Positions 55,866-64,000 of a stretch of 64,000 nt of DNA are shown piece after piece. The translations under genes were made by a program, and so were the position numbers. Positions within the stretch are counted from its first letter, which is position 1. Every line of letters starts with the position of its first letter. The notes below the pieces were generated by a model, which worked only from the letters and a program-made list of their open reading frames with translations, had not been told where the DNA came from and did no database searches. Source of the stretch: Nitrospirota bacterium (lineage in GTDB: Bacteria; Nitrospirota; UBA9217); assembly GCA_963818475.1 (NCBI GenBank), contig CAWFSF010000002.1:384001-448000 (forward strand), in the 5' to 3' direction.

Positions 55866-56642
55866 CTACTTCTTATCGATCCATTCGATCAGCTTGTCTT
55901 CCGGGAGAAATCCGGAAAGCACCGTTCCGTCGTCACGCACCAATGTCGGCGTGCTGTTGAAATTGAGCGACCGGGCCAGCGCGGCGTTCCGGTTCATCGC
56001 ATCTGCGGTGCAGTTCGCGGGCGGCTCGGGCACGGTCTTTCCCGAGAAAGCGTCATCGAGCATCTCGGTTGATTTCGAGCACAGGACGGACTGGATCTTT
56101 TTGGGAGCATCCTTGTGCATCGGCAAGGGATAAAGGATATCGACAAATGCGATATCGGGCCGCTTGGCGATGATCTGCTTTATGCTGTCGTGAAGCTTCC
56201 GGCAATAAGGACAGTCAGGATCGCTGAAGACGATCACTTTTTTTGCGGCCGCTTTTGCACCCACGGTAATGGCGTCACCCAGGGGGATCTTCGAGACATC
56301 GACCTTCTGCGGAGTCTGCTGCGCCTGCATCTGCTTGAGATAGGCATCGACCGGCATAAGCTGGAGCAGGTATTTTCCCGAGCAATCGAGATATATCGGT
56401 CCGCGCTGGCCGTTTTTTTCTACGTCGACCTCCCAAACACCCTTGACCGGCGACTCTTTGATATCCAGCGTGGTGCCGCCAGGGACGACTTTTTTGACGA
56501 TGGCGTCCACCTTTTTCTTTTCAAGCTCGGGACATTTTTCGGCAACGTTTACTTCGCTTTTGTCAGCAGCCTGCGATGCGGGCGTGAAAACAAACATGAA
56601 CAGCACTGCGGAGACAACTGCAACACCCTGAAATCTTTTCAT
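55866..56642 (-). CDS. dsbC: DsbC family thiol:disulfide isomerase
   Basis: Signal peptide, ESPVKGVWEV, FSDPDCPYC, PLPMH, STPTLV. Confidence 0.9.
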   Translation of the reverse strand: MKRFQGVAVVSAVLFMFVFTPASQAADKSEVNVAEKCPELEKKKVDAIVKKVVPGGTTLDIKESPVKGVWEVDVEKNGQRGPIYLDCSGKYLLQLMPVDAYLKQMQAQQTPQKVDVSKIPLGDAITVGAKAAAKKVIVFSDPDCPYCRKLHDSIKQIIAKRPDIAFVDILYPLPMHKDAPKKIQSVLCSKSTEMLDDAFSGKTVPEPPANCTADAMNRNAALARSLNFNSTPTLVRDDGTVLSGFLPEDKLIEWIDKK

Positions 56643-56859
56643 TGAGAGCTCCCTTCAGATTAGTATCGTTCGTTACAACTTATGCGATTACGGTTCCCAT
56701 GCCGGGTCAGTGACTATAACGATTAATATAACGCATTTTTAAGCTGCATACTTCAATCGATACTTTCAAAACACTAAGATTTTGGAACTCTGCAGAACAC
56801 CTGATAGTCTGTAATTTCGATTAGACGAAGCAATCGTCGAATACAGGACGAAAAGTGGA

Positions 56860-56919
56860 CATGAACACGGCGGTCACTCGCCGCTTCTTGGCGAGTCGCA
56901 GCGGACCCGCTGGTTGTAG
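56860..56919 (-). mobile_element. Integron attC site (distal cassette)
   Basis: Minus strand CTACAAC...GACTCGCCAAGAAGCGGCGAGTG...GTTCATG; 60-bp imperfect palindrome just downstream of a small ORF. Confidence 0.65.
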
Positions 56920-56955
56920 CGCGTTTTCTTCGCTGTAACTGTAAATACATACCCT

Positions 56956-57414
56956 TTACTTTGACGTTGCACCCAAATTCGTTTTATACAGTTGAACTGC
57001 CTCAGCAATAGTTTTGACACTTATTACATCTAGCGTTTTATAACCATCAGCCTTATGGAAGTACACCATCATGATCTGCGGCTTAGCGACCTTTTGACCC
57101 GCTGTATCACCGACGACGGTACTTATGTGAAGGTTATATCCATTTTGTTGTGGAATTATCATTTCAACGCAGACAGGGGCTGACCTGCCATCACCGCCTT
57201 CACCGCAATCGTTTACTTCCCAGGTCGCTTTCCCCCCGTACTGAAACGTGTTTTCTAACCATACAGGAATTGCTATGGCTGGCAATCCTTTCTCCAAGAT
57301 AGCTGCGTTTGATTTTTTTATCATATCTATGAAGTCTGAGTCTTGAAGGCCGGCAAATGAACTTGTTGGGAGCAAAAAGAGAAGAGATAAAATTATTGAG
57401 TATAATAACCGCAT
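56956..57414 (-). CDS. Cassette-borne secreted hypothetical protein
   Basis: Signal peptide MRLLYSIILSLLFLLPTSSFA, WEVNDCGEG motif, RBS GGAGG, low GC, between attC sites. Confidence 0.75.
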   Translation of the reverse strand: MRLLYSIILSLLFLLPTSSFAGLQDSDFIDMIKKSNAAILEKGLPAIAIPVWLENTFQYGGKATWEVNDCGEGGDGRSAPVCVEMIIPQQNGYNLHISTVVGDTAGQKVAKPQIMMVYFHKADGYKTLDVISVKTIAEAVQLYKTNLGATSK

Positions 57415-57433
57415 TAATACCTCCCTTGACAGT

Positions 57434-57494
57434 GTACAACACGCGCCTGACGCGCCGCTTTCTGGCGCGTCGCTGTCGAGGCGCTGCGTTAGGT
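57434..57494 (-). mobile_element. Integron attC site (middle cassette)
   Basis: Minus strand ACCTAAC..GACGCGCCAGAAAGCGGCGCGTC..GTTGTAC, 61 bp. R'' ACCTAAC is the exact complement of GTTAGGT at the start of the same cassette. Confidence 0.8.
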
Positions 57495-57496
57495 GT

Positions 57497-57823
57497 TTAG
57501 GGGATAAGCGATATGCGAGAACCTCTAGCATGAGCCCACGCTAATAATGTGCTCTTCACTTTATCCTTAGCTTTGAGATCTAACGGTTTACCGTCAACCC
57601 GTTCTAAGCTTGATTCGAAAAGAATGAAGTCGACTTCTGAGCCAAGATCGTAATAATATTTCGCAGTCACCCCATCGATTTCAATTAATATGTGACCGTC
57701 GCGTCCGCCAGAAACCTTACACTTGAATAGACGGTCAATCTTATTCTTTTTGTATATACGAAAAGAAAACCAAGCAAAAATAGAAACAATAAATATAGAT
57801 ATTGCTATCTGTATGTCGCTCAT
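57497..57823 (-). CDS. Cassette-borne hypothetical protein with an N-terminal TM helix
   Basis: AT-rich ORF that fills the space between two attC sites. Confidence 0.72.
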   Translation of the reverse strand: MSDIQIAISIFIVSIFAWFSFRIYKKNKIDRLFKCKVSGGRDGHILIEIDGVTAKYYYDLGSEVDFILFESSLERVDGKPLDLKAKDKVKSTLLAWAHARGSRISLIP

Positions 57824-57833
57824 TGTTTAAGAC

Positions 57834-57897
57834 ACCTAACGAGTCTGTAGGCTGAGGGGCGCGGTGTTCGCGACCCTCTCGAGCCGAATGGTTATAA
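57834..57897 (-). mobile_element. Integron attC site (first cassette)
   Basis: Minus strand TTATAAC..GGCTCGAGAGGGTCGCG..CGCGCCCCTCAGCC..GTTAGGT, 64 bp. Confidence 0.8.
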
Positions 57898-57915
57898 ATA
57901 CGCAATTCTTTGGCG

Positions 57916-58317
57916 TCACAACTGAGTTGTTTCCGGTGACACAGAGGACTTCTCAAAGTACGCACGCACTGATGTGTCTGACCGAAAGCGCATGAACAGC
58001 CATATGAAGATTATAAAAAAAATAGTGGATTCCGCGGTGGCAATAACTTCCGACCGCCGAGCAAAACTGCCCAGGAAACCCAAGCCTGATGTTACCATGT
58101 AGAAACCGAACACCGATTTGCTTAGGGTGTATCCCCACTTCGATCGTTTCGCAATACCGAATATGCCCGCAGCATGCAGAGAAAACGCGAAGAGCGTAGT
58201 CGAGATGCCCCAGATTGTAAAGCCAGACCAACGGGGGATAGCGACAACAGGAACGATGACGAAAGCGAAAACAGTATGAACAAATAGAGCTGTAACAATA
58301 GGGATAGATCTAAACAT
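57916..58317 (-). CDS. Cassette-borne 4-TM membrane protein
   Basis: Four hydrophobic segments, C-terminal VRAYF, RBS AGGAGG. Confidence 0.75.
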   Translation of the reverse strand: MFRSIPIVTALFVHTVFAFVIVPVVAIPRWSGFTIWGISTTLFAFSLHAAGIFGIAKRSKWGYTLSKSVFGFYMVTSGLGFLGSFARRSEVIATAESTIFFIIFIWLFMRFRSDTSVRAYFEKSSVSPETTQL

Positions 58318-58338
58318 GGCCGCCTCCTGGGGGTGGAA

Positions 58339-58355
58339 CTATAACAAGTTATTGA
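58339..58355 (-). mobile_element. Putative attI recombination site
   Basis: Minus strand CAATAACTT-GTTATAG. The core matches the complement of the first cassette's R'' (TTATAAC) at 6/7. No attC-type long hairpin. Confidence 0.5.
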
Positions 58356-58436
58356 GTAGCCCCCTCTATAATTACGGATTTCCGGAATTATGGAGTTTAG
58401 CAATGAACATGCCAAAGCACTTGCAGGATCCAGACA

Positions 58437-58465
58437 AATATATGCCTTAGCTGAGAATATGTCAA
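58437..58465 (-). promoter_or_regulatory. Strong sigma70 promoter facing the cassettes (Pc-like)
   Basis: TTGACA-17-TATATT; a near-duplicate lies at 63114-63142. Confidence 0.75.
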
Positions 58466-58481
58466 CGACAGTGGCGGTTAG

Positions 58482-59891
58482 TGTCAACCCAAAGTAGAAA
58501 TGTCCTACTCTTACCAAGATAGAAATGTCCGCTTTTAGGAAGCAATTGGAAATTGTACATTTGCTCTGCGGAGTCTCTTCCATGGATGATCTGATGGTTG
58601 ATACCGACTTGTCGGTTTCTTATTGACTGCCGGTGTTTTAGGGTTTTCTTTCGCTGGCCGTGTTTTGATCTCCCGATATGTTAATTCCAAGCCCCTGTGA
58701 GTGATATGCAGAGATCCATCGAGTCGTTCTTCCACTGCGACCTTTTGAGTCTTTATAGCGTCTTTGATCTGGTACAGTTTGCCATTATAAGCTATGGTGA
58801 AATCGTTCCGTAGCGTACGCTCCTCTCGAATGCAGAAGATCTTGTCGAGTTCCCTTATGGATAGCGCGCGTTGGTGTACATCGGCTGCAGAAACGGGTTT
58901 TACCTTGAATTTCGCATTGTATATTGGATGATACTTTATCAGGAATTCGTTTGCCTGCACAACACTGTTTACCCTGGCAAGCCTCATCTCTTTAACCAAT
59001 CGATCCTGGAGCGTTCGAAAACTTCTTTCTATCCTGCCTTTTGCCTGGGGTGAATTCGCATGGATGACCGTTACCCCGAGTTCGGTTAGACTCCTTTCGA
59101 ACTGGCTCATGGGTTTTCTATCTTCCAACTCATCCTCGATGCTCTGCTTGGCATTGGATTTATACGTTGAGTGCTTGTCCAAATAGACACTCTGTGGAAT
59201 GCCGTAGCGCTTGATATACCGCTTGAAGCTATCCATGGCTGGCATGGTCCCCTCATAATCATAAAAGCGCCCATACACCGTTCCTGTGGCATCATCGATA
59301 TATCCCATTAATACGCTCTCAGGACCCCGGCCTTCGAACCAGGCATGATGGGAGCCATCCATCTGGAGCATTTCACCAAAATGATGCTTCCTCTCGCGCC
59401 ATTGCCGGTGCTTTCTACCCTTGCGCTTCTCGTAAGGGATGCTTTCCTGATTAAGCCATAGACGGAGGGTTTCGTCGCTTAGCTTGATTTCATGAACATC
59501 AAGAAGCTTCTCGCAGGCAAAGGTGGGGCCAAAATCACTGTATTTCTCCCGATACAGCTTGAGTGCCTTGTCTTTTGCCTTCTGAGGGAATCGACGATTC
59601 GAGGTTTTGCCGCGGGATCGGTGACTGATGCCGTCGTCTCCCTCCTTCCGTACTCGTTTGAGTATCCGTCGAATCTGCCTGCTGCTCAAGCCTACAAGTT
59701 CAGCAGCTGTCTTCTGCGTGATCCTTTTATCCAATGCTTGGTGGATAATGTGCAGTCTTTTTGTTTCTCTCCTGCTCATAGTGATCATGTCCATTTCTGT
59801 CACAGTACCCTCCAATTACATCAGGGTATTGTAACTTAGAATAGGACATTTCTACTTTGGGAGAATAGGACATTATCATTTTGGGAGTACA
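58482..59891 (-). mobile_element. IS1202-like (ISNCY) insertion sequence, copy 1; transposase 58535-59815
   Basis: TGT...ACA ends with repeated CCCAAAGTAGAAATGTCCTA subterminal motifs. DDE motifs QMDGSHH.W, IDDATG, YLDKHS, SPQAKGRIER. Flanked by the 16-bp DR CGACAGTGGCGGTTAG. Confidence 0.92.
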
Positions 59892-59907
59892 CGACAGTGG
59901 CGGTTAG

Positions 59908-61318
59908 TGTCAACCCAAAGTAGAAATGTCCTACTCTTACCAAGATAGAAATGTCCGCTTTTAGGAAGCAATTGGAAATTGTACATTTGCTCTGCGGAGT
60001 CTCTTCCATGGATGATCTGATGGTTGATACCGACTTGTCGGTTTCTTATTGACTGCCGGTGTTTTAGGGTTTTCTTTCGCTGGCCGTGTTTTGATCTCCC
60101 GATATGTTAATTCCAAGCCCCTGTGAGTGATATGCAGAGATCCATCGAGTCGTTCTTCCACTGCGACCTTTTGAGTCTTTATAGCGTCTTTGATCTGGTA
60201 CAGTTTGCCATTATACGCAATGGTGAAATCGTTCCGTAGCGTACGCTCCTCTCGAATGCAGAAGATCTTGTCGAGTTCCCTTATGGATAGCGCGCGTTGG
60301 TGTACATCGGCTGCAGAAACGGGTTTTACCTTGAATTTCGCATTGTATATTGGATGATACTTTATCAGGAATTCGTTTGCCTGCACAACACTGTTTACCC
60401 TGGCAAGCCTCATCTCTTTAACCAATCGATCCTGGAGCGTTCGAAAACTTCTTTCTATCCTGCCTTTTGCCTGGGGTGAATTCGCATGGATGACCGTTAC
60501 TCCGAGTTCGGTTAGACTCCTTTCGAACTGGCTCATGGGTTTTCTATCTTCCAACTCATCCTCGATGCTCTGCTTGGCATTGGATTTATACGTTGAGTGC
60601 TTGTCCAAATAGACACTCTGTGGAATGCCGTAGCGCTTGATATACCGCTTGAAGCTATCCATGGCTGGCATGGTCCCCTCATAATCATAAAAGCGCCCAT
60701 ACACCGTTCCTGTGGCATCATCGATATATCCCATTAATACGCTCTCAGGACCCCGGCCTTCGAACCAGGCATGATGGGAGCCATCCATCTGGAGCATTTC
60801 ACCAAAATGATGCTTCCTCTCGCGCCATTGCCGGTGCTTTCTACCCTTGCGCTTCTCATAAGGGATGCTTTCCTGATTAAGCCATAGACGGAGGGTTTCG
60901 TCGCTTAGCTTGATTTCATGAACATCAAGAAGCTTTTCGCAGGCAAAGGTGGGGCCAAAATCACTGTATTTCTCCCGATACAGCTTGAGTGCCTTGTCTT
61001 TTACCTTCTGAGGGAATCGACGATTCGAGGTTTTGCCGCGGGATCGGTGACTGATGCCGTCGTCTCCCTCCTTCCGTACTCGTTTGAGTATCCGTCGAAT
61101 CTGCCTGCTGCTCAAGCCTACAAGTTCAGCAGCTGTCTTCTGCGTGATCCTTTTATCCAATGCTTGGTGGATAATGTGCAGTCTTTTTGTTTCTCTCCTG
61201 CTCATAGTGATCATGTCCATTTCTGTCACAGTACCCTCCAATTACATCAGGGTATTGTAACTTAGAATAGGACATTTCTACTTTGGGAGAATAGGACATT
61301 ATCAATTTTGGGAGTACA
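59908..61318 (-). mobile_element. IS1202-like (ISNCY) insertion sequence, copy 2; transposase 59961-61241
   Basis: Near-identical tandem copy. The same 16-bp DR occurs at 58466-58481, 59892-59907 and 61319-61334. Confidence 0.92.
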
Positions 61319-61349
61319 CGACAGTGGCGGTTAGTGGCGGTTAGCGATG

Positions 61350-61367
61350 GGGTATTTTCAGGGTATT
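61350..61367 (-). promoter_or_regulatory. AATACCC-TGAA-AATACCC direct-repeat motif, separated from the 58437-58465 promoter by the IS pair
   Basis: Same motif and flanks (CGATGGGGTATTTT.AGGGTATTCCA) as the intact copy at 63149-63174. Confidence 0.65.
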
Positions 61368-61398
61368 CCAGCAATTGCAGAATGTAGCATGAAGGGCT

Positions 61399-62016
61399 TT
61401 AAAAAAAGGCAACTTCATATCTAGACGTCAGTGTCCCGGCAATTTCCCGTGCCCGATAGGTTGCAAAGGTGATCCGGTCTACGGTAAGTTTGCAGGGGTC
61501 CCTGGGGAAGGAGGACATCCTATCGACTACCACGCTGCCCGGAAAAGCCCCCGAATAGAGCCCGACGGTTATATGGGGAGTGTATGCGCTCCTGCCGATC
61601 TCTTTTCCTGTCGTCGCCAACAGCGCCCTCACGCGGCCGAGGCCGCCTTCCAGATCAGCGACTTCCAGAAAGGGAGCGGAGGCAAAACTGCTCAATCCAC
61701 CGATCTCAACGGTAAAGGGCTCAACAGCCGCCTCTCTCAGCAAATGCAAATGTTGTCCGAACTGCAGAGCACTGTAATCGTCGTCATACCGCGGGGTGGC
61801 GGCCAAGAAACCGCACACAAAGATCGTAATATGCGGCTGTCGCTGATAGGGTTTTATCAGAAAATCCGAAAGGTGTTCTCTCGCGGCGTCGACTTTTCGA
61901 GAAACCTCCATCCTGCCGAGCTCAATGAGCCAGACGGAGTAGTCCTGACGCCCGTGATGCCATTCGGGGTGATCATGAACAGGTGAGGGGGTGGTTTCCT
62001 GGTTCTGGTGGAGCAT
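61399..62016 (-). CDS. 2H phosphoesterase / 2'-5' RNA ligase family protein
   Basis: Two HxT motifs (QPHITIF, TPHITVG). Confidence 0.82.
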   Translation of the reverse strand: MLHQNQETTPSPVHDHPEWHHGRQDYSVWLIELGRMEVSRKVDAAREHLSDFLIKPYQRQPHITIFVCGFLAATPRYDDDYSALQFGQHLHLLREAAVEPFTVEIGGLSSFASAPFLEVADLEGGLGRVRALLATTGKEIGRSAYTPHITVGLYSGAFPGSVVVDRMSSFPRDPCKLTVDRITFATYRAREIAGTLTSRYEVAFF

Positions 62017-62039
62017 CGCCGTCGACCCTCTTGCTGTCT

Positions 62040-62906
62040 CTATCTATTCCTGATATCGGGGTATAGTTTCTTTGCGCATTCCGGACAGATCCCATGACTG
62101 AATTCGGCTTCGGAATGGTCTCGTATATATGCTTCGATCTGCTTCCAATACCCTTTGTCATCTCTGATGTTCTTGCAGGAAGCACAAATAGGAAGCAAGC
62201 CGGTTAGCATTTTAACTTTGGACAACGCCTCCCGCATTTTAACATAAGCCGCATTCAGCGTTTCATTTATGCTCTGCCAGTATTTTTCCTTTTTCGCAGT
62301 CTGGTTTTGAAGATGTTTCATTTCCCACTCGGCTTCTTCCAGGATATCTCCGTGATTCCAGGTGAGCGTGGCCCGGTTTTGTCTGGTGACAAAGTAGATA
62401 TCGAAACGGTCCGCATGCGATGCGTTGCTGACATCATAATAGAGCAGTTCGCCCGCGAGTCCTATGCCTCCAAGGAGTACGCCGCGTTCTATCTCACGAG
62501 GGAAAACAGTTGAGCTGTAAATGCTCGCGGTACCCCCTGCTTCATCTAAATCCGTGAGATCGAAGTTGCCGGTGCGTTCCGGCGGCCCCTTTATAACGCT
62601 TTGAAAACCCTTTGAACTGGTCTGGAACTTCAAGAAATCAACACCGGAAGAAATAAGGCTTTTGCCCGGTCCGTGATGATACCATCCTTTCATCATTTCA
62701 ATGCCGATCTGTTCCAGAATGCTGCCGTGATTTTTATACTGGGATGCCCGCCGCAGTAATTTCTGGAGTTCCTCGAGCGGATACCATTTGTCAGGCTCAA
62801 ATGGTCCAATCTCCTCCGCGTCTCCCTGCAAAAGCAGCTGTAAACTTTCACCTGCGTCCAGGAAGGAGCGAAGTAAAGCACCGTATATTTCAACTTGATC
62901 GTTCAT
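62040..62906 (-). CDS. Signalling protein: V4R/HNOB-like N-terminus, coiled coil, and a C-terminal Cys/His motif domain
   Basis: PDKWYPL..IGIEMM N-terminal domain; C-terminal LLPICASCKNIRDDKGYW..FSHGICPEC. Confidence 0.7.
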   Translation of the reverse strand: MNDQVEIYGALLRSFLDAGESLQLLLQGDAEEIGPFEPDKWYPLEELQKLLRRASQYKNHGSILEQIGIEMMKGWYHHGPGKSLISSGVDFLKFQTSSKGFQSVIKGPPERTGNFDLTDLDEAGGTASIYSSTVFPREIERGVLLGGIGLAGELLYYDVSNASHADRFDIYFVTRQNRATLTWNHGDILEEAEWEMKHLQNQTAKKEKYWQSINETLNAAYVKMREALSKVKMLTGLLPICASCKNIRDDKGYWKQIEAYIRDHSEAEFSHGICPECAKKLYPDIRNR

Positions 62907-62948
62907 GATATTATTATGCGGCGAATCATTTACCCTCAAAGCGGCATT

Positions 62949-63080
62949 TGGACACGGAAGAATTGGAAACATCTGATTAACGCGGATAAATTCAAAGCAA
63001 AGCATTCACCTATTGGGTGAACCTCTTATAAAAGAAATAATCCGCCGTTATCCGGCTCTTATCCGTGTTTATCCGTGTCC
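62949..63080. repeat. Degenerate 9-bp-periodic inverted-repeat element (ACACGGATA type)
   Basis: TTGGACACGGA..ACGCGGATAA ... TTATCCGTGTTTATCCGTGTCCAA. Confidence 0.65.
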
Positions 63081-63113
63081 AAATGTTTTTTTAAGGTTTA
63101 CCGGCTCTAGAAG

Positions 63114-63171
63114 AATATAGGCTTGATCTGAGAATATGTCAACGATGGCGATGGGGTATTTTAAGGGTATT
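63114..63171 (-). promoter_or_regulatory. sigma70 promoter with an upstream AATACCC-TTAA-AATACCC repeat
   Basis: Motif at 63154-63171, then 11 bp, then TTGACA-17-TATATT. Confidence 0.75.
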
Positions 63172-63310
63172 CCAACGGACAGGGAATAGAACAGGACAGG
63201 TTTCAAAAAGTGCATTTTCAACGCTCAGGAAGGTATTTTTTCTTGCCATGATCCGGCTTCCTTTCGGTGATAATTGGAAAACCAAATTCTACTGAAAAGG
63301 AAAACAACGT

Positions 63311-63438
63311 TCTCGCGGAGGCGCGGAGAAGGCATAATCACGGGGAAGTATTGAGCGCTACACTAATTACACATAGGGGAGATTTTATCAAACTAAAAAA
63401 GATTTAGCCTTCTCCGCGGCCTCCGCGCCTCCGCGAGA
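63311..63438. repeat. 9-bp-periodic inverted-repeat element (CGCGGAGG type)
   Basis: TCTCGCGGAGGCGCGGAGAAGG ... CCTTCTCCGCGGCCTCCGCGCCTCCGCGAGA. Confidence 0.78.
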
Positions 63439-63470
63439 GACGCCCTTTTGATCCTCGCTTTTCGCCCGGC

Positions 63471-64000
63471 TCAGGTGCTGATCCCATACTTCTTCAGCTT
63501 GAGATAGAGCGTCTTGCGGTCGATGCCTAAGAGCTGGCTCGCCTTTGACTGGTTGTTGTTCGCTTCCTTGAGCACCCGGAGGATATAGTTCTTCTCCATC
63601 TCTTCGAGCGACGGGTTCGTGCCGAGCTCCGAGACGGTCGCCGCAGACGGGATCGAGAGGTCCTCTGCGCCGATCCTGTCCGATTCGCAGAGGATCACGG
63701 CCCGTTCGATCACGTTCTCCAGCTCCCGCACATTTCCCGGCCAGTGATATCCCGCGAGCAGTTCCAATGCCTCGGCAGTGAAATCCGTCACGACCTTGGA
63801 CAGTTTTCGGGAATACTTATTCAGAAAATAGCGCGCCAATTCGGAAATGTCCTCTTTGCGTTCCCGGAGGGGCGGGATGGTAACGGTGATCACGTTGAGG
63901 CGGTAAAAAAGGTCTTCGCGGAAGGTCCCGGCCTTGATCATCTCCGGGAGGTCCTTGTTGGTTGCGGTGATCAGGCGGACATCGACGCGCATGGCCTTGT
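63471..64000 (-). CDS. sigma54-dependent enhancer-binding protein (NtrC family), C-terminal part only
   Basis: VDVRLITATN, FREDLFYRLNV, WPGNVRELEN, Fis-type HTH LGIDRKTLY. Confidence 0.95.
   Translation of the reverse strand, partial: KAMRVDVRLITATNKDLPEMIKAGTFREDLFYRLNVITVTIPPLRERKEDISELARYFLNKYSRKLSKVVTDFTAEALELLAGYHWPGNVRELENVIERAVILCESDRIGAEDLSIPSAATVSELGTNPSLEEMEKNYILRVLKEANNNQSKASQLLGIDRKTLYLKLKKYGIST

Noticed and set aside
58482-61318. Tandem IS as an assembly duplication
   Set aside because: The copies differ by several substitutions, mostly silent, and are separated by exactly one target repeat. Spanning reads would still be the final test.

Overview
GC-rich bacterial DNA from an anaerobe. 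Gene content suggests Nitrospirota or Desulfobacterota (inference only). Many single-base indels break genes at 1-20 kb and 32-34 kb and are probably sequencing errors. (1) 1-20.6 kb: a minus-strand chemosensory gene string (DUF4388, CheY, CheA, ExeA-like ATPase, 2x CheW, 3 long MCPs with one fused to a PhnD-type binding domain, HEAT protein). A porin-cytochrome module (10-heme OmcB-like lipoprotein, DmsE/MtrA-like decaheme, beta-barrel) sits inside it. (2) 20.9-39 kb: housekeeping genes plus a 2009-aa ORF built as two lipoprotein/CFI-box-CTERM modules in tandem, ending in a third lipobox (possible polyprotein). (3) 39.1-54.3 kb: the most notable locus. A cluster with a sigma54-type promoter combines archaeal-type coenzyme M biosynthesis genes (cysteate synthase, fused ComDE) with an HdrDE-like pair, a RACo/RamA activator, a corrinoid protein, two MtaA-type methyltransferases and an MtrH/MtgA-like enzyme, with MetF adjacent. 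(4) 54.4-64 kb: an IS481-like element, dsbC, an integrase-less array of three integron cassettes with a putative attI and promoter, two tandem IS1202-like elements with 16-bp target repeats, and an AATACCC-N4-AATACCC promoter motif found three times in the window. Short 9-bp-periodic inverted-repeat elements and 7-bp repeats punctuate intergenic spaces. No rRNA, tRNA or CRISPR array was seen.
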